This document shows positions 46,476 through 56,196 of a DNA stretch of 64,000 nucleotides, piece after piece. Source of the stretch: a virus (Duplodnaviria; Caudoviricetes). The notes beneath the pieces were generated by a model. That model saw only the letters and a program-made list of their open reading frames with translations, was not told the origin of the DNA and did no database searches. The position numbers and the translations under genes are program-made. How positions within the stretch are numbered: position 1 is the first letter of the stretch; every line of letters begins with the position of its first letter. The DNA is taken from IMG/VR virus record IMGVR_UViG_3300037067_019009, positions 128,001-192,000 of that record, one strand, 5' to 3'.

Positions 46476-46563
46476 TATTATGACGGTGGATTGGATGTAC
46501 GTATCGTCAGTAGCAGCAATAGCTAGCGAGTTGTAGCTCTATGAGGAGAAGGAGAAACAGATT

Positions 46564-47235
46564 TTGGATTTTTTAACTCAAGAACAAATTGATACTTTGA
46601 AGAAAGAGTATGGTAAACTTTATAAAGTTCCTATATGCGGGACTGATTACATTATCCGTCCGGTGTACAAAGCTGATTGGGAAATAGTCACTAAACTTGC
46701 TGCGGATAACCCCAGTGTAGGAATGCCGGAGTTAGATGAGAAGCTCGTAGACATCGCGTTAATTGGACCCAAGCCGGATGTTACCAAAGGCGGGTGGGCC
46801 ATAGTGCCGGCGGGAGTTATTCCCACACTGTCGAAATGGATACAGGCGAAGAGTGGGTTCCTGGTTCCTGATCTCGCCGGGCAGCAGGAGATTTCCAGCG
46901 AGCCTATAGGTGGGGACGCTGTCTCTATTTATGGTAAACCGTCAGATGAAGACGTTGCCACGGCTAAGACACAAAGCAGTCTCAAACTAAACCTGGTCAG
47001 GATAGATGACGATTACTATATCATACGACCTCTTTTGCGACAAGAGTGGAGGGCGATTATGAAGTCCGCTCCTGAGGACTCAGGAGAAAGGGACTACCTT
47101 ATAGCACAGAGGTCAGTTGTTTGGCCTAAGAAGGTTAACTGGGACGAGACGCCAGCCGGGTATTGCTCTAGCATAACTGGGGCCGTAATGAATATTTCCG
47201 GATACTCGGGAGTTACCTCTGTAGAAGAGTTGTAA
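46564..47235 (+). CDS. Tail assembly chaperone-like protein with two tandem domains
   Basis: LTQEQIDTLKKEYG; YIIRP...W...PAG...SG(F/Y) occurs twice. Confidence 0.65.
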   Translation: MDFLTQEQIDTLKKEYGKLYKVPICGTDYIIRPVYKADWEIVTKLAADNPSVGMPELDEKLVDIALIGPKPDVTKGGWAIVPAGVIPTLSKWIQAKSGFLVPDLAGQQEISSEPIGGDAVSIYGKPSDEDVATAKTQSSLKLNLVRIDDDYYIIRPLLRQEWRAIMKSAPEDSGERDYLIAQRSVVWPKKVNWDETPAGYCSSITGAVMNISGYSGVTSVEEL

Positions 47236-47238
47236 AGC

Positions 47239-47799
47239 ATGGTTACATATGTAACCAGTGTATTAGGAAAAGATTATCGATATAGGTTGGTTACCCGGCG
47301 TGAACTCCGCACTCTTTTTGAGGAGGCGCAAGGGGATCATATTCTATTCGAGGATCTGGTATTCTCGTTGTCTGTAGTAGAAACCCCAGAGGACTTTCCA
47401 GGTTTGGACGAGTGTTTAGCTGGGGTGCCGACAGCTGTCGTCGAGCAGGTGCTGGCGAATAGCGGCTATGCTCCCGCCGCAAGTAGCGGGGAGGGCGTAA
47501 GGCTTACTCCGCCAGAAGAAAAAGCTTTAGAGTGGGTCAGGGGGGCGCAGAGTCGAGTAGATATGCTTATCTGCTTTTGCTTCCCCGGAATTACTTTGAA
47601 TTCACTAGAGGATATGAATCCTGAGGAGTACCAGAAATATGTAGCTGGGGCTCACATAGTAGCCAGAAGCCTTTATGGTATGGATATAGCAGCGTTTTTA
47701 GATCCAGACTCCGATGGGGCATCTCCTGCTTCAGCGCGTTCTCCTCATCCCCCTGGGCCAATCGAGCCCTCGGGATCGCCAAACTACCTTTTCGAGTAA
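47239..47799 (+). CDS. Tail assembly chaperone-like protein 2
   Basis: Third copy of the same domain (YRYRLVTRRE...LAGVP...NSGY) plus a C-terminal extension. Confidence 0.6.
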   Translation: MVTYVTSVLGKDYRYRLVTRRELRTLFEEAQGDHILFEDLVFSLSVVETPEDFPGLDECLAGVPTAVVEQVLANSGYAPAASSGEGVRLTPPEEKALEWVRGAQSRVDMLICFCFPGITLNSLEDMNPEEYQKYVAGAHIVARSLYGMDIAAFLDPDSDGASPASARSPHPPGPIEPSGSPNYLFE

Positions 47800-47801
47800 A
47801 T

Positions 47802-47835
47802 AAAGGGGACTTGCCTTATGGTGAGTCCCTTTTTT
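47802..47835 (+). terminator. Rho-independent terminator
   Basis: AAAGGGGACTTGCC-TTAT-GGTGAGTCCCTTT followed by TTT. Confidence 0.7.
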
Positions 47836-47842
47836 AATAAAT

Positions 47843-50800
47843 ATGGAAACTTATCAAAAGCGAGAGCATAGTAATAGCCTAGCTAAATGGGGAGCCTCCG
47901 CTGGCGCGGTGGCTGCTCTTGTAGTGGGACGTAAAAAGATAGCTGCCTACGCTGTCGGTGGGCTGGAAAAAGTCGCGGCTAACCTAGCAAAAAGTGAACG
48001 AAGTCATGCCGAGTTTGCTGTTACGCGTTGGGTTAGAGACTTGGAGCAGACTGGCGAATCTTTGCGTAATGCCGCCGCTGTACAAGTTGGGCAGGCCAGG
48101 ATGGAGAAGATCCTGTCCACTGGTATAGAAGAAGAGCTTCCTGCTTGGGGAGCCCAACACATAAAAGCTCTGTTTGGAGCTAAAGGTGAGCACTCTTGGA
48201 TTTTTGCTGGGGCTCGGCGAGGTGTTCCAGAGATCTCCGGCTATCTGGAGTCCCCAGAGTTTGCTGACATGGTTGAGGCCGCAGGTGGTGTAGCTTCGGC
48301 TACTAGAGCGATTCTACGGGCTAGGCAAGCAGCCAATGTAGGGGATCTTTTTACTTCCGGCGGACTTCCAGAAAACGTGGAGCGGCAGTTAGCGAACGCT
48401 CTTCGCGTACATGAGAAACATGCATGGGGGGAGTTCGAGCGTCTAGCCGAGCCCGCTGCCTTTGGCGTTCATAATGCCGGTAAGGTGGGGTGGGGAAGGC
48501 AGCTACTATATGCGAGTGGAACTAAGGAAGCCACCTTATCTGAAGTAGAAGGGATGCTGAGTTCGGGGTCTGTCTCAGAAGGCATGCGCGAGTCTCTTAA
48601 CAGATTATTAGGTGATAAGAGAACCATAGAAGAGATCGGGAAGCGCGTAGGGGCAAGCCAGGAGAGGGTAGAGCAAGTAGTTCGCAACCTGCGTGTAGAG
48701 GGGTTGTACAATACAGAGGCTGGGCTAAAAGACCTGCGGGGTCTTTCTGAAGGCATGGCCGGGCTACATGACTATCTAGGTACCCACTTTCAAATACCCA
48801 TAATACCCTACATATCTGGTTTCAACCCACTCAGCATGGCTCCATGGCTCGCCAAGTCTGGGGCCCCCAAGTCTGCGTTTATCGGTTTTAATGAGACCGA
48901 AAAGCAGCTTGGACTTCTAGACAAACTGCGGCCTGGAATGAATCTTTCCGTCTATCAAGGAAAGGCTGTTGGAGTTAGGTTCGTAGAGGGGGGAGTGGAG
49001 ACGGCCTCTGAAGTCGAGGGCACTGTAAGATTGTTGCAGTCCGGCGCTGGGGGATTTCAGAGTAGGGTTGTAGAGAATTTGCTGGCCTCCACAAACCAGG
49101 AACCAATCGGCGGAGTCAGGGGCTTTTTTGGGTTCGGGCAGCACCAGCCCTCACTACTGAGTAAGTTGGGATCGATTTTCAGTAAGTACAGTGATCCAAG
49201 ATATCCCTCCACGGCACTAGAGCTAATATACGGACAGGGTAAGGACGCACCAGAAGAAGCCGTTAGATCCATAACAAGTTTTCTGAAACGCCGAGGACGC
49301 ATTTCATCTGAGGCTATAGAGCGCCTGGTTTCGGAATCTCCGGGGGTAACTAAGGGCTCACCCATTGATGAGGTGCTTAAGAACTTCTCTAGTGATGAGG
49401 CAGTAAAAGAATTCTTTTTCAAATATCGTAGAGGCTTACCCGAAGAATATCTTGGAGCATCAGGTAGTCTTCGTAATTTGTTAAAGGATTTTGATGCGGA
49501 TCCCCTTGGGGTGATCGGGCGCAAAAAGATATTAGCGGATACGGACTTCTTCACTATAAATCTCCTCGGCTCCCCCGATCCGATAAGTGGCGTGGACTTG
49601 ATGCGCCAGGCTCTGCTGGATGAGTACGTATTAAAATACGGAGATCCGATGTGGTCGAACGCTAAGCCACTCCTTGAAAGCTTGAAGGGCCTTGGGCTAA
49701 CTGATAAGGAGTTAGTGGAAGCGGAATCTTTTGTGCACGGCGCTAATCTTTCTAGGTTACTGGGAAGAGGATCATACAAAGATGCTATTTCGTATATGAC
49801 CGAGGGTACCCAGTCAGGAAGTGTGCAGCGTACAGCCGAGCAGTTAGTTAACACAAAGCTATCCATTCTGGAGCCATTTACCAAGCCTAGTAAGGTTGAG
49901 GGCTTGCCGGAAGTCTTTGCTATTCGTGAAGGCGAGAGCATTCTTGCGTACATAAACAGAAGCATAAAAGAAGGCAAGTCGGTTCGGGAAATTTTAGAAG
50001 AGTTGCCAAGATCCGCTGTGGTGCAGCAGGGCATACCGGCTTTCTTTAAAGGAATAAAGGATCCGGTGAACTTTACGACTGGGTCCCTTCCATCTTACTT
50101 CATGGCGGAGAGACTCAATACCTCCATAGCGGATTACGGGCTTGGTCTTTCTCCTGAGCACTTAGGCAGTGGCTGGGATATACTGTCCGGTCTCATATTT
50201 AAGAGGGTGCTGCCTGGTTGGGCAGCCTACGAAGCGTGGAACTATCTAAACTATGAGTCTGAAAACGATTTCGGGACGAGCCCAAAAGATGTTATTACCA
50301 ATGTCAGAGCTAGAGCCAGGATAGCTAGAGCTCATCTTACGGGGTGGATGCGGGCGGATGATCTATTCCCGGGATTTGATCGCAACCCCATACTTGCTCC
50401 GATATTATCAAAAGGCAATGTAGATGAAGAGCTTCAGCAGTTGTCTTCCGGCTACGAACCGGTAAGGCAAGGCAGGTACTGGATGTTTGGAACCGGTACG
50501 CCTTTCACCGGTGGAAAGATCCAGTACTATCTACCAGACCCGTACCAGAGAGCTCACTCCAACTGGGAGTCTGCCGATAATGCTGATCTGTCTACTGCCA
50601 GATCGTGGTCTCATTCCATACTACCGACACCTCGTTACCCACTCAGTTTCGTAGAGCACTTCGCAGATCCTTACTGGTGGGAGTCCGCTCATTCTATGGG
50701 ATCTAATCCTGACAGGCCCTATGTTATTTCCGGGCCAATGAGTGACCCCAGTACTCCATGGGGACCAATAGTAAATAGCACGATAGGGCAAGTGCTAAAA

Positions 50801-53800
50801 CCAACTAGGGTTTTGTACCCAGAGTACGATCCTAGAAACATGAAGAGCGGGACAGCTTACTATGGCTATACGCCTACTGAGGATGATTACCTGCTAGAGT
50901 ATGAGCGGAATGAGGGGGACGACTACTCCTATGATGACCTTATACTCTCTGGTCCTACAGCCGCTAGAACTATGCCTGCAGGCGCTGTACAGCTGGCTAG
51001 CGTTGGTGGGAGATATGGAGGTGGTTATGGGTCGGCTGGAATTGGGTATGGCGGCGCGGGAGAAGGCGGCTATGGCGGCATAGGGACCGGCGGTGGCGGA
51101 GGTTATGGAAATCTTACATCCGGCAGAGCGGTAGTAAGTATGGGGCGCGGCGCCGCTTATCTAGGCACCTCTGGAGGAGGACGAGCCAGACTTAAATATC
51201 CTCATGGCGCTGAAATAGTTGGTTATCTAGGAGATCCTACTGACACAGAATATCCAGATGTGGTAGGACAGTCAGCCTCCAGTCTTAGGGAGCTGGCTGG
51301 TATTTATGGTTGGGGAACGGCTGTACTCACTGGAACAAACGATACTTATGGCCTGAGGATGGACGATCCAAGTGCGGCTTATGGTGCTGGAGCAAGATAC
51401 TGGAGCGCTAACATTGGTGGCTTGGGAGGAGTCGCTAGTGAAATTGGTAGAAGATTTTTATACAAAAGGCCAAAGACTGCCGAGTATTACGATCCGGTGC
51501 CGAACTCTCTGGCCGACACATGGCTGCCAGGTTCAAGCTACTTCACTAATTTTCAGCGTGGAGACCCATATGCTGATAACAATGGTTTGTTGAGGCTTCC
51601 AGGAGAGGCTTACGAAAGGGCGCATGGAGTAAAGCTCATGCTTACACGTGCGAGCTCAGTAGGAAAATCCCCTAATGAACTGCTGCTCGAGCTTATACAC
51701 CAGAAAGAGCCCCTGGATGAGGAAGCGGAAAAGATAACAGGTTTGGGTACGCAGCTGCACAAAGTTATCCAGTCCCAGTGGAGACGGCAAGGGGTGCTAC
51801 TCGCGTCTGAAGTTCCTATTTTCGATGACAAAGTTGGAGTGTCCGGCCACATGGACGCGGTTCTTAATTGGAATGGCAGTCCGGTGATAGCTGAAATAAA
51901 GACTATGTCGGAGAAAAGGTACAATATGGGTGGGCTTTTCCCTGAACATCAGGAACAGCTTAATTTCTATATGCATACCACAGGAATAAGCAGGGGATTG
52001 ATGGTGTACGTTAATAGAGATGATGCAAGGGATGTAAGGACCACTTGGATGGATTACTCCCCTGGGCTGTACGCCTCTACGATGAACAAGTTGAATTCCG
52101 TGCGCAGACAGGCCAAGTCTTTAGTCGATTCTGGAGTCATCTCTAGGGCAGATCTATATGATGATATAACGCGCTTCGAAATTCTTAGCGATGTTGCGGC
52201 ATATAGTGATGAGTTCTATGGCATGCGGGATTACCTGAGCCATCAACGACAAGTAGGACAACTCGATGACGCTCAGTTTGAAAGGTTTAAGGCCGCTAAA
52301 AAGCGGGCCATGCACTCCAAAGAAAAATACAACCTAGATTCCTACCGATTTGCTGGCAGCAGTACTACACAGAAGAGTTACGTAGTGGATAGGATAGTTG
52401 ATCCTAATACCATACTAGTTGAGGGCAGCGATACTCCGATACGTCTGGCCGGGGTGAGAGGATCTGGCGAGCGTATAGCGGAATACTTCTCCAAGCACCA
52501 CATGGACGGCGGAAACTTGATTCGTGGGTTACTTGGGATGGAGGATGAAGAGTTTTCGTCCCCAGCTGAGGAAATGTATGCTAGGGTGTATGGTATTCGG
52601 AAAGGTTCTGAGATCGATGTGGGGGTAAGCACGGATCCAGAGGAGCAGTACGGCAAAGACATGTTCGGGACGGAGCGTGTTGTCCTCTACCATAATGGCG
52701 TTAACATTAGCCATGACATGCTTATGCGCGGGTTGGCGGTTGAAAAAGAAACCGACTATTCATCTGCTGGAGTAGAAGCAAGATTTACTCCAATCCAAAG
52801 AGGGTTCGGTACCCTGTATGAAGAACTGGCTCACGCGGATACGCCATTCAATACCAAGCTCTCCAAGGTAAGGAGCCCGGTGGAGGAGTATATTAGAACT
52901 CAGGTATATGGGAAGCTGGGAACCTCGTGGTCGCACCCCATAGCCTCCTTCATTACTCCAACAATAGAGGCTTACGCGGTCAGGGATCCAATACTTGCCG
53001 GTGTTTCCATGGCGGCATTTGCTTCGATGTTCGGTAGAACCAAAAGCATGAAGGGCAAACTGGCTTTAGTTGGTTTGGCCGCTGGAGCTGCGGCTTCCTT
53101 GGGATTGAAGGCTCATGAGTTAAGTACAGGGGAGCCATGGATACCAAAGAGGGTACGCAAACGGCGAGAAATTGAAGAGTACTACGATATCTTAAAGTAC
53201 ACGAAGTACATGGGTCTGTACGAATACGCTAAGAGAGAAGCGAAAAGTAAAGAGTCTTTCGATGTAGAGGGTTTCCTGTTGGAGGAGGCCACGGCAGGAG
53301 ACGAGCGTAATCGCATACGTAGGGGCTTAGTTAAACGTAAGGCTAAGTTGAAGCACGATATGATGTCGTCTACTCCTACTCCAGCCGAGCAGCTTCGTTC
53401 AATAAACTCTAAGATAAAAGCGCCCGGTGACAAGTCCGTTAAACTGACAAACAAAGACCAGCTCAAGATAATAAATCAAGAGATCAACAGCATAGCTGGC
53501 TATAGAAAAGACGTGTCCCTTGGACCGTGGGCTTCCCAAGCCATACTATACAAACAGATGGCTGACCGTACTATGTATGCTGCGGAACCCACTGATTTTA
53601 GGACTATGATGGGAGCTCTGCCTAAGTACGAGCGTGAGATTCTAATCAAGGCCATAGCTAATTCCACACCAGAAGAGCGCAAGCGTTTATATGGTCTTTT
53701 ACCTGATTATGAGAAGCGCCTCCTCGGTCCACATTTAGGGTTCTCCGACAAACTGCAGCGAATGGAGTTAGCGGAGTACTTTAAAACTCATACGCTCCCT

Positions 53801-54148
53801 AGCAAAGACTGGGAGGGGTGGAGAGAAGACGTTCCCTTGGAAGCGCTAAAGATACGCACCATACGCTATGAAGGATTGGATCCGATGGACTTCGGTGTTT
53901 ATCCGCAGGTAGTCGAACAGGTTGATAGGACTGCCGCGAATGTGGAAGTGCCTACAGTGAATGGTAAAGGTTCTGATATAGAGAACGCGTTAGCCGATGT
54001 ACTTGCGGGCCAGGGGCTGTCCAATCTAAACGTCCATGTGAGAGTTGTTCCGGACAGGCAGTCTCACGAGGATGTTATCGATGTTAATATGGATATTCGT
54101 CACGATAGGAGAGCAGACTTAGTCTCTGCCCTACGAAAATACTACTAG
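47843..54148 (+). CDS. 2101-aa virion protein at the tape-measure position, with PD-(D/E)XK nuclease and SNase-like domains
   Basis: Follows the chaperones. GTQLH...E...GHMD...EIKT...QLNFY (~51640-52130); VDRIVDPNT...IRLAGV...GLA (~52380-52740); Gly-rich linker and hydrophobic segments. Confidence 0.75.
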   Translation: METYQKREHSNSLAKWGASAGAVAALVVGRKKIAAYAVGGLEKVAANLAKSERSHAEFAVTRWVRDLEQTGESLRNAAAVQVGQARMEKILSTGIEEELPAWGAQHIKALFGAKGEHSWIFAGARRGVPEISGYLESPEFADMVEAAGGVASATRAILRARQAANVGDLFTSGGLPENVERQLANALRVHEKHAWGEFERLAEPAAFGVHNAGKVGWGRQLLYASGTKEATLSEVEGMLSSGSVSEGMRESLNRLLGDKRTIEEIGKRVGASQERVEQVVRNLRVEGLYNTEAGLKDLRGLSEGMAGLHDYLGTHFQIPIIPYISGFNPLSMAPWLAKSGAPKSAFIGFNETEKQLGLLDKLRPGMNLSVYQGKAVGVRFVEGGVETASEVEGTVRLLQSGAGGFQSRVVENLLASTNQEPIGGVRGFFGFGQHQPSLLSKLGSIFSKYSDPRYPSTALELIYGQGKDAPEEAVRSITSFLKRRGRISSEAIERLVSESPGVTKGSPIDEVLKNFSSDEAVKEFFFKYRRGLPEEYLGASGSLRNLLKDFDADPLGVIGRKKILADTDFFTINLLGSPDPISGVDLMRQALLDEYVLKYGDPMWSNAKPLLESLKGLGLTDKELVEAESFVHGANLSRLLGRGSYKDAISYMTEGTQSGSVQRTAEQLVNTKLSILEPFTKPSKVEGLPEVFAIREGESILAYINRSIKEGKSVREILEELPRSAVVQQGIPAFFKGIKDPVNFTTGSLPSYFMAERLNTSIADYGLGLSPEHLGSGWDILSGLIFKRVLPGWAAYEAWNYLNYESENDFGTSPKDVITNVRARARIARAHLTGWMRADDLFPGFDRNPILAPILSKGNVDEELQQLSSGYEPVRQGRYWMFGTGTPFTGGKIQYYLPDPYQRAHSNWESADNADLSTARSWSHSILPTPRYPLSFVEHFADPYWWESAHSMGSNPDRPYVISGPMSDPSTPWGPIVNSTIGQVLKPTRVLYPEYDPRNMKSGTAYYGYTPTEDDYLLEYERNEGDDYSYDDLILSGPTAARTMPAGAVQLASVGGRYGGGYGSAGIGYGGAGEGGYGGIGTGGGGGYGNLTSGRAVVSMGRGAAYLGTSGGGRARLKYPHGAEIVGYLGDPTDTEYPDVVGQSASSLRELAGIYGWGTAVLTGTNDTYGLRMDDPSAAYGAGARYWSANIGGLGGVASEIGRRFLYKRPKTAEYYDPVPNSLADTWLPGSSYFTNFQRGDPYADNNGLLRLPGEAYERAHGVKLMLTRASSVGKSPNELLLELIHQKEPLDEEAEKITGLGTQLHKVIQSQWRRQGVLLASEVPIFDDKVGVSGHMDAVLNWNGSPVIAEIKTMSEKRYNMGGLFPEHQEQLNFYMHTTGISRGLMVYVNRDDARDVRTTWMDYSPGLYASTMNKLNSVRRQAKSLVDSGVISRADLYDDITRFEILSDVAAYSDEFYGMRDYLSHQRQVGQLDDAQFERFKAAKKRAMHSKEKYNLDSYRFAGSSTTQKSYVVDRIVDPNTILVEGSDTPIRLAGVRGSGERIAEYFSKHHMDGGNLIRGLLGMEDEEFSSPAEEMYARVYGIRKGSEIDVGVSTDPEEQYGKDMFGTERVVLYHNGVNISHDMLMRGLAVEKETDYSSAGVEARFTPIQRGFGTLYEELAHADTPFNTKLSKVRSPVEEYIRTQVYGKLGTSWSHPIASFITPTIEAYAVRDPILAGVSMAAFASMFGRTKSMKGKLALVGLAAGAAASLGLKAHELSTGEPWIPKRVRKRREIEEYYDILKYTKYMGLYEYAKREAKSKESFDVEGFLLEEATAGDERNRIRRGLVKRKAKLKHDMMSSTPTPAEQLRSINSKIKAPGDKSVKLTNKDQLKIINQEINSIAGYRKDVSLGPWASQAILYKQMADRTMYAAEPTDFRTMMGALPKYEREILIKAIANSTPEERKRLYGLLPDYEKRLLGPHLGFSDKLQRMELAEYFKTHTLPSKDWEGWREDVPLEALKIRTIRYEGLDPMDFGVYPQVVEQVDRTAANVEVPTVNGKGSDIENALADVLAGQGLSNLNVHVRVVPDRQSHEDVIDVNMDIRHDRRADLVSALRKYY

Positions 54149-54180
54149 GGCGAAATATTCTGTGTCTACTTGCCTATAAT
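54136..54180 (+). promoter_or_regulatory. Putative phage promoter
   Basis: AAAATA 54136-54141 and CTTGCCTATAAT 54169-54180. Confidence 0.62.
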
Positions 54181-54238
54181 AAATTGTGGCCACGCTTAGG
54201 AGGAAATTGTTCTGAATACAGTAGATACGCAAGAGAAA

Positions 54239-55264
54239 GTGAGATTAGGCCTAGATGAGGGGCTACCTGCAATACAACTGATGAAGTTGGTTCCTGGGCG
54301 CACCCCAGGGCAGAAAGCCGCTAACCTTAGAGATATAGTCAGGGACCTAATTAATCGTGGAGAATTGGCTCCATCTAAGGCTGTCATAGCTAGCCCCGAG
54401 CGGGGGTATGCTGATTTATCTTACTCTGAGGTTCTGGAGGAGTACAACGCTCTAATCAAGCGCGATGCTGTTCCAGTAGAAAAAGTTCCATATGTGTCAG
54501 TGTCTTCTAAGGAAACCACCATAGTTATTGGAGATCTGCACACACCAGAGCACAGGATGGATTTACTCATGCGTATTGCTAAAGAGCATGAGGGGTCTAG
54601 GCTTATAATAGCCGGTGACTTAATGGATTTTCAAAGATTTTCTAAGTTCACTAAAAATGTAAGGTCAGCGAACCGTAGTCTCGAGCAGCGTATGTCAGTG
54701 GTGGAACTTCTTAAGACAGGGACGGCTGTTGTAGACATACTCCGTCATTACTTTTCGGACGTCGTAATAAAGCGTGGTAACCATGATATACGTCTAGCTT
54801 CAATGTTGTCCCAGTGTTTCTCAGATGGAGCAGAACTCGCGGACTTTTTATTCGAGTCCATGTTTGCGAATATGCCAAATGTTTCCATGATGAGTTCTGC
54901 TATAGAAGATTTCTTTATGCTGAAGCGCGGAGACGCTTGGGTTGGGCACTGGGATTGTATCTCCGCTAAAGTAACTAATCGCGGCGCTAACGAGGCAGTC
55001 GATTGGATGTTGGATAATGACTACATAACAGCTCAAGGGGAATGGAATGTTCTGATACAATTGCACACGCATCTAGCCAGTCTTGGAATACATAGAGGTA
55101 AACTGGCTATCGAGTGCGGGTGTATGTCTAGGATGCAGGATTATACGTGGGAAAAGCCAGGGAAGTACAGATATCCAAGGAATGGCTACTTTGAGCTAGT
55201 GCAGTACGATGGGATAACGGATTGGGAGGAGAGTAGGCTTCGTCTTTTGAGGACGAAAGAGTAG
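54239..55264 (+). CDS. Calcineurin-like metallophosphoesterase
   Basis: GDLH, AGDLMD, GNHD, VGH, HTH motifs. The true start may be the in-frame CTG 54212 after AGGAGG. Confidence 0.85.
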   Translation: MRLGLDEGLPAIQLMKLVPGRTPGQKAANLRDIVRDLINRGELAPSKAVIASPERGYADLSYSEVLEEYNALIKRDAVPVEKVPYVSVSSKETTIVIGDLHTPEHRMDLLMRIAKEHEGSRLIIAGDLMDFQRFSKFTKNVRSANRSLEQRMSVVELLKTGTAVVDILRHYFSDVVIKRGNHDIRLASMLSQCFSDGAELADFLFESMFANMPNVSMMSSAIEDFFMLKRGDAWVGHWDCISAKVTNRGANEAVDWMLDNDYITAQGEWNVLIQLHTHLASLGIHRGKLAIECGCMSRMQDYTWEKPGKYRYPRNGYFELVQYDGITDWEESRLRLLRTKE

Positions 55265-55277
55265 CCTAATAAACATC

Positions 55278-56195
55278 ATGACGAGTACTATTTTTTATAC
55301 ATGGTCAGGATTAGCTGACGCTTTACTTGCTATGGGAGCAGTGAGAAGTTACTGTAAGGCGTTCAATACCACGGTAGATGTTGCTGTGTCTGAGGAGAGC
55401 CTGATGCCTATTCTAACTAATGCATGGTTTGTTAGAAAAGTCATACATGTGGCCGCCGGGCAAGAGATAGATACAAGTAGCTACGAGTCTACCGTAGACG
55501 TCACGGATGTCGATAGGGCAGTTTGCGTGGAGGCCGAACTTCAACTCCGTAGAGAAAGAAAAGCTGTAATAGACGCCGAGATAACTAAGGTAGCAGAGAA
55601 GCTTGATGTTGCGGAGGACAAAATACAAAAACCGCCGGAGTATCCCATGCTTGAAAGGGACACGCCCACCTGGAATAAGTTAATGGGGTATGTGCATTCT
55701 ATCCACACACAGCTCAATGTGGATTTCGAATTAGATGAGCATCGGCCTCTTATGCCTTCTGTTCCCGGAATAGCCGAAAGGACTAGAAAATGGCTCAACG
55801 CGAACAGGCAGGATATCCGGCCTGGTATTCCTTTTATATTGGTTCAAGGACTGGACTGGCTTGATTCCTACGGCATGGAGTTTATTTATCCCGACTGTAT
55901 GGAGTGTATAGTCGTAGACGATCTGGATCTCAGCTTAGTGGTGGGTCTGGTGTCACACAAATTGTGCGCTGCCGTAGCTGGTCCGGTATCTGGAGGCCTT
56001 TCCTATCTAGGATGGGCGGCCAACGTGCAACTAATTATAGAGTTCATCAATAAGGATGTAGAACCTTATTGGCAGTTGTCCAGGCATGACAACGCGGTAT
56101 CCTTTAAGATAGATGACGCGGATAAGGCAATTATGCTGTCTAGAAGCTTAGCCGCTATTTACGAGAAGCGGCTTGGTGTGGAGGTAGTTTTATAG
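55278..56195 (+). CDS. GT9-like (GT-B) glycosyltransferase, divergent
   Basis: SGLADALLAMGAV...PILTNAWFVRKVI at the N-terminus and AGPVSGGLSYLGWAA near the C-terminus resemble GT9 motifs. Confidence 0.45.
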   Translation: MTSTIFYTWSGLADALLAMGAVRSYCKAFNTTVDVAVSEESLMPILTNAWFVRKVIHVAAGQEIDTSSYESTVDVTDVDRAVCVEAELQLRRERKAVIDAEITKVAEKLDVAEDKIQKPPEYPMLERDTPTWNKLMGYVHSIHTQLNVDFELDEHRPLMPSVPGIAERTRKWLNANRQDIRPGIPFILVQGLDWLDSYGMEFIYPDCMECIVVDDLDLSLVVGLVSHKLCAAVAGPVSGGLSYLGWAANVQLIIEFINKDVEPYWQLSRHDNAVSFKIDDADKAIMLSRSLAAIYEKRLGVEVVL

Positions 56196-56196
56196 T

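Noticed and set aside
49057-50034. 325-aa minus-strand ORF and the many other antisense ORFs in the track
   Set aside because: They are shadows of long plus-strand genes, with no SD or recognisable motifs.
51640-52130. Cas4-like domain as evidence of CRISPR-Cas
   Set aside because: No Fe-S cysteines, no cas1/cas2 and no repeat-spacer array; it is a domain of a large structural-module protein.
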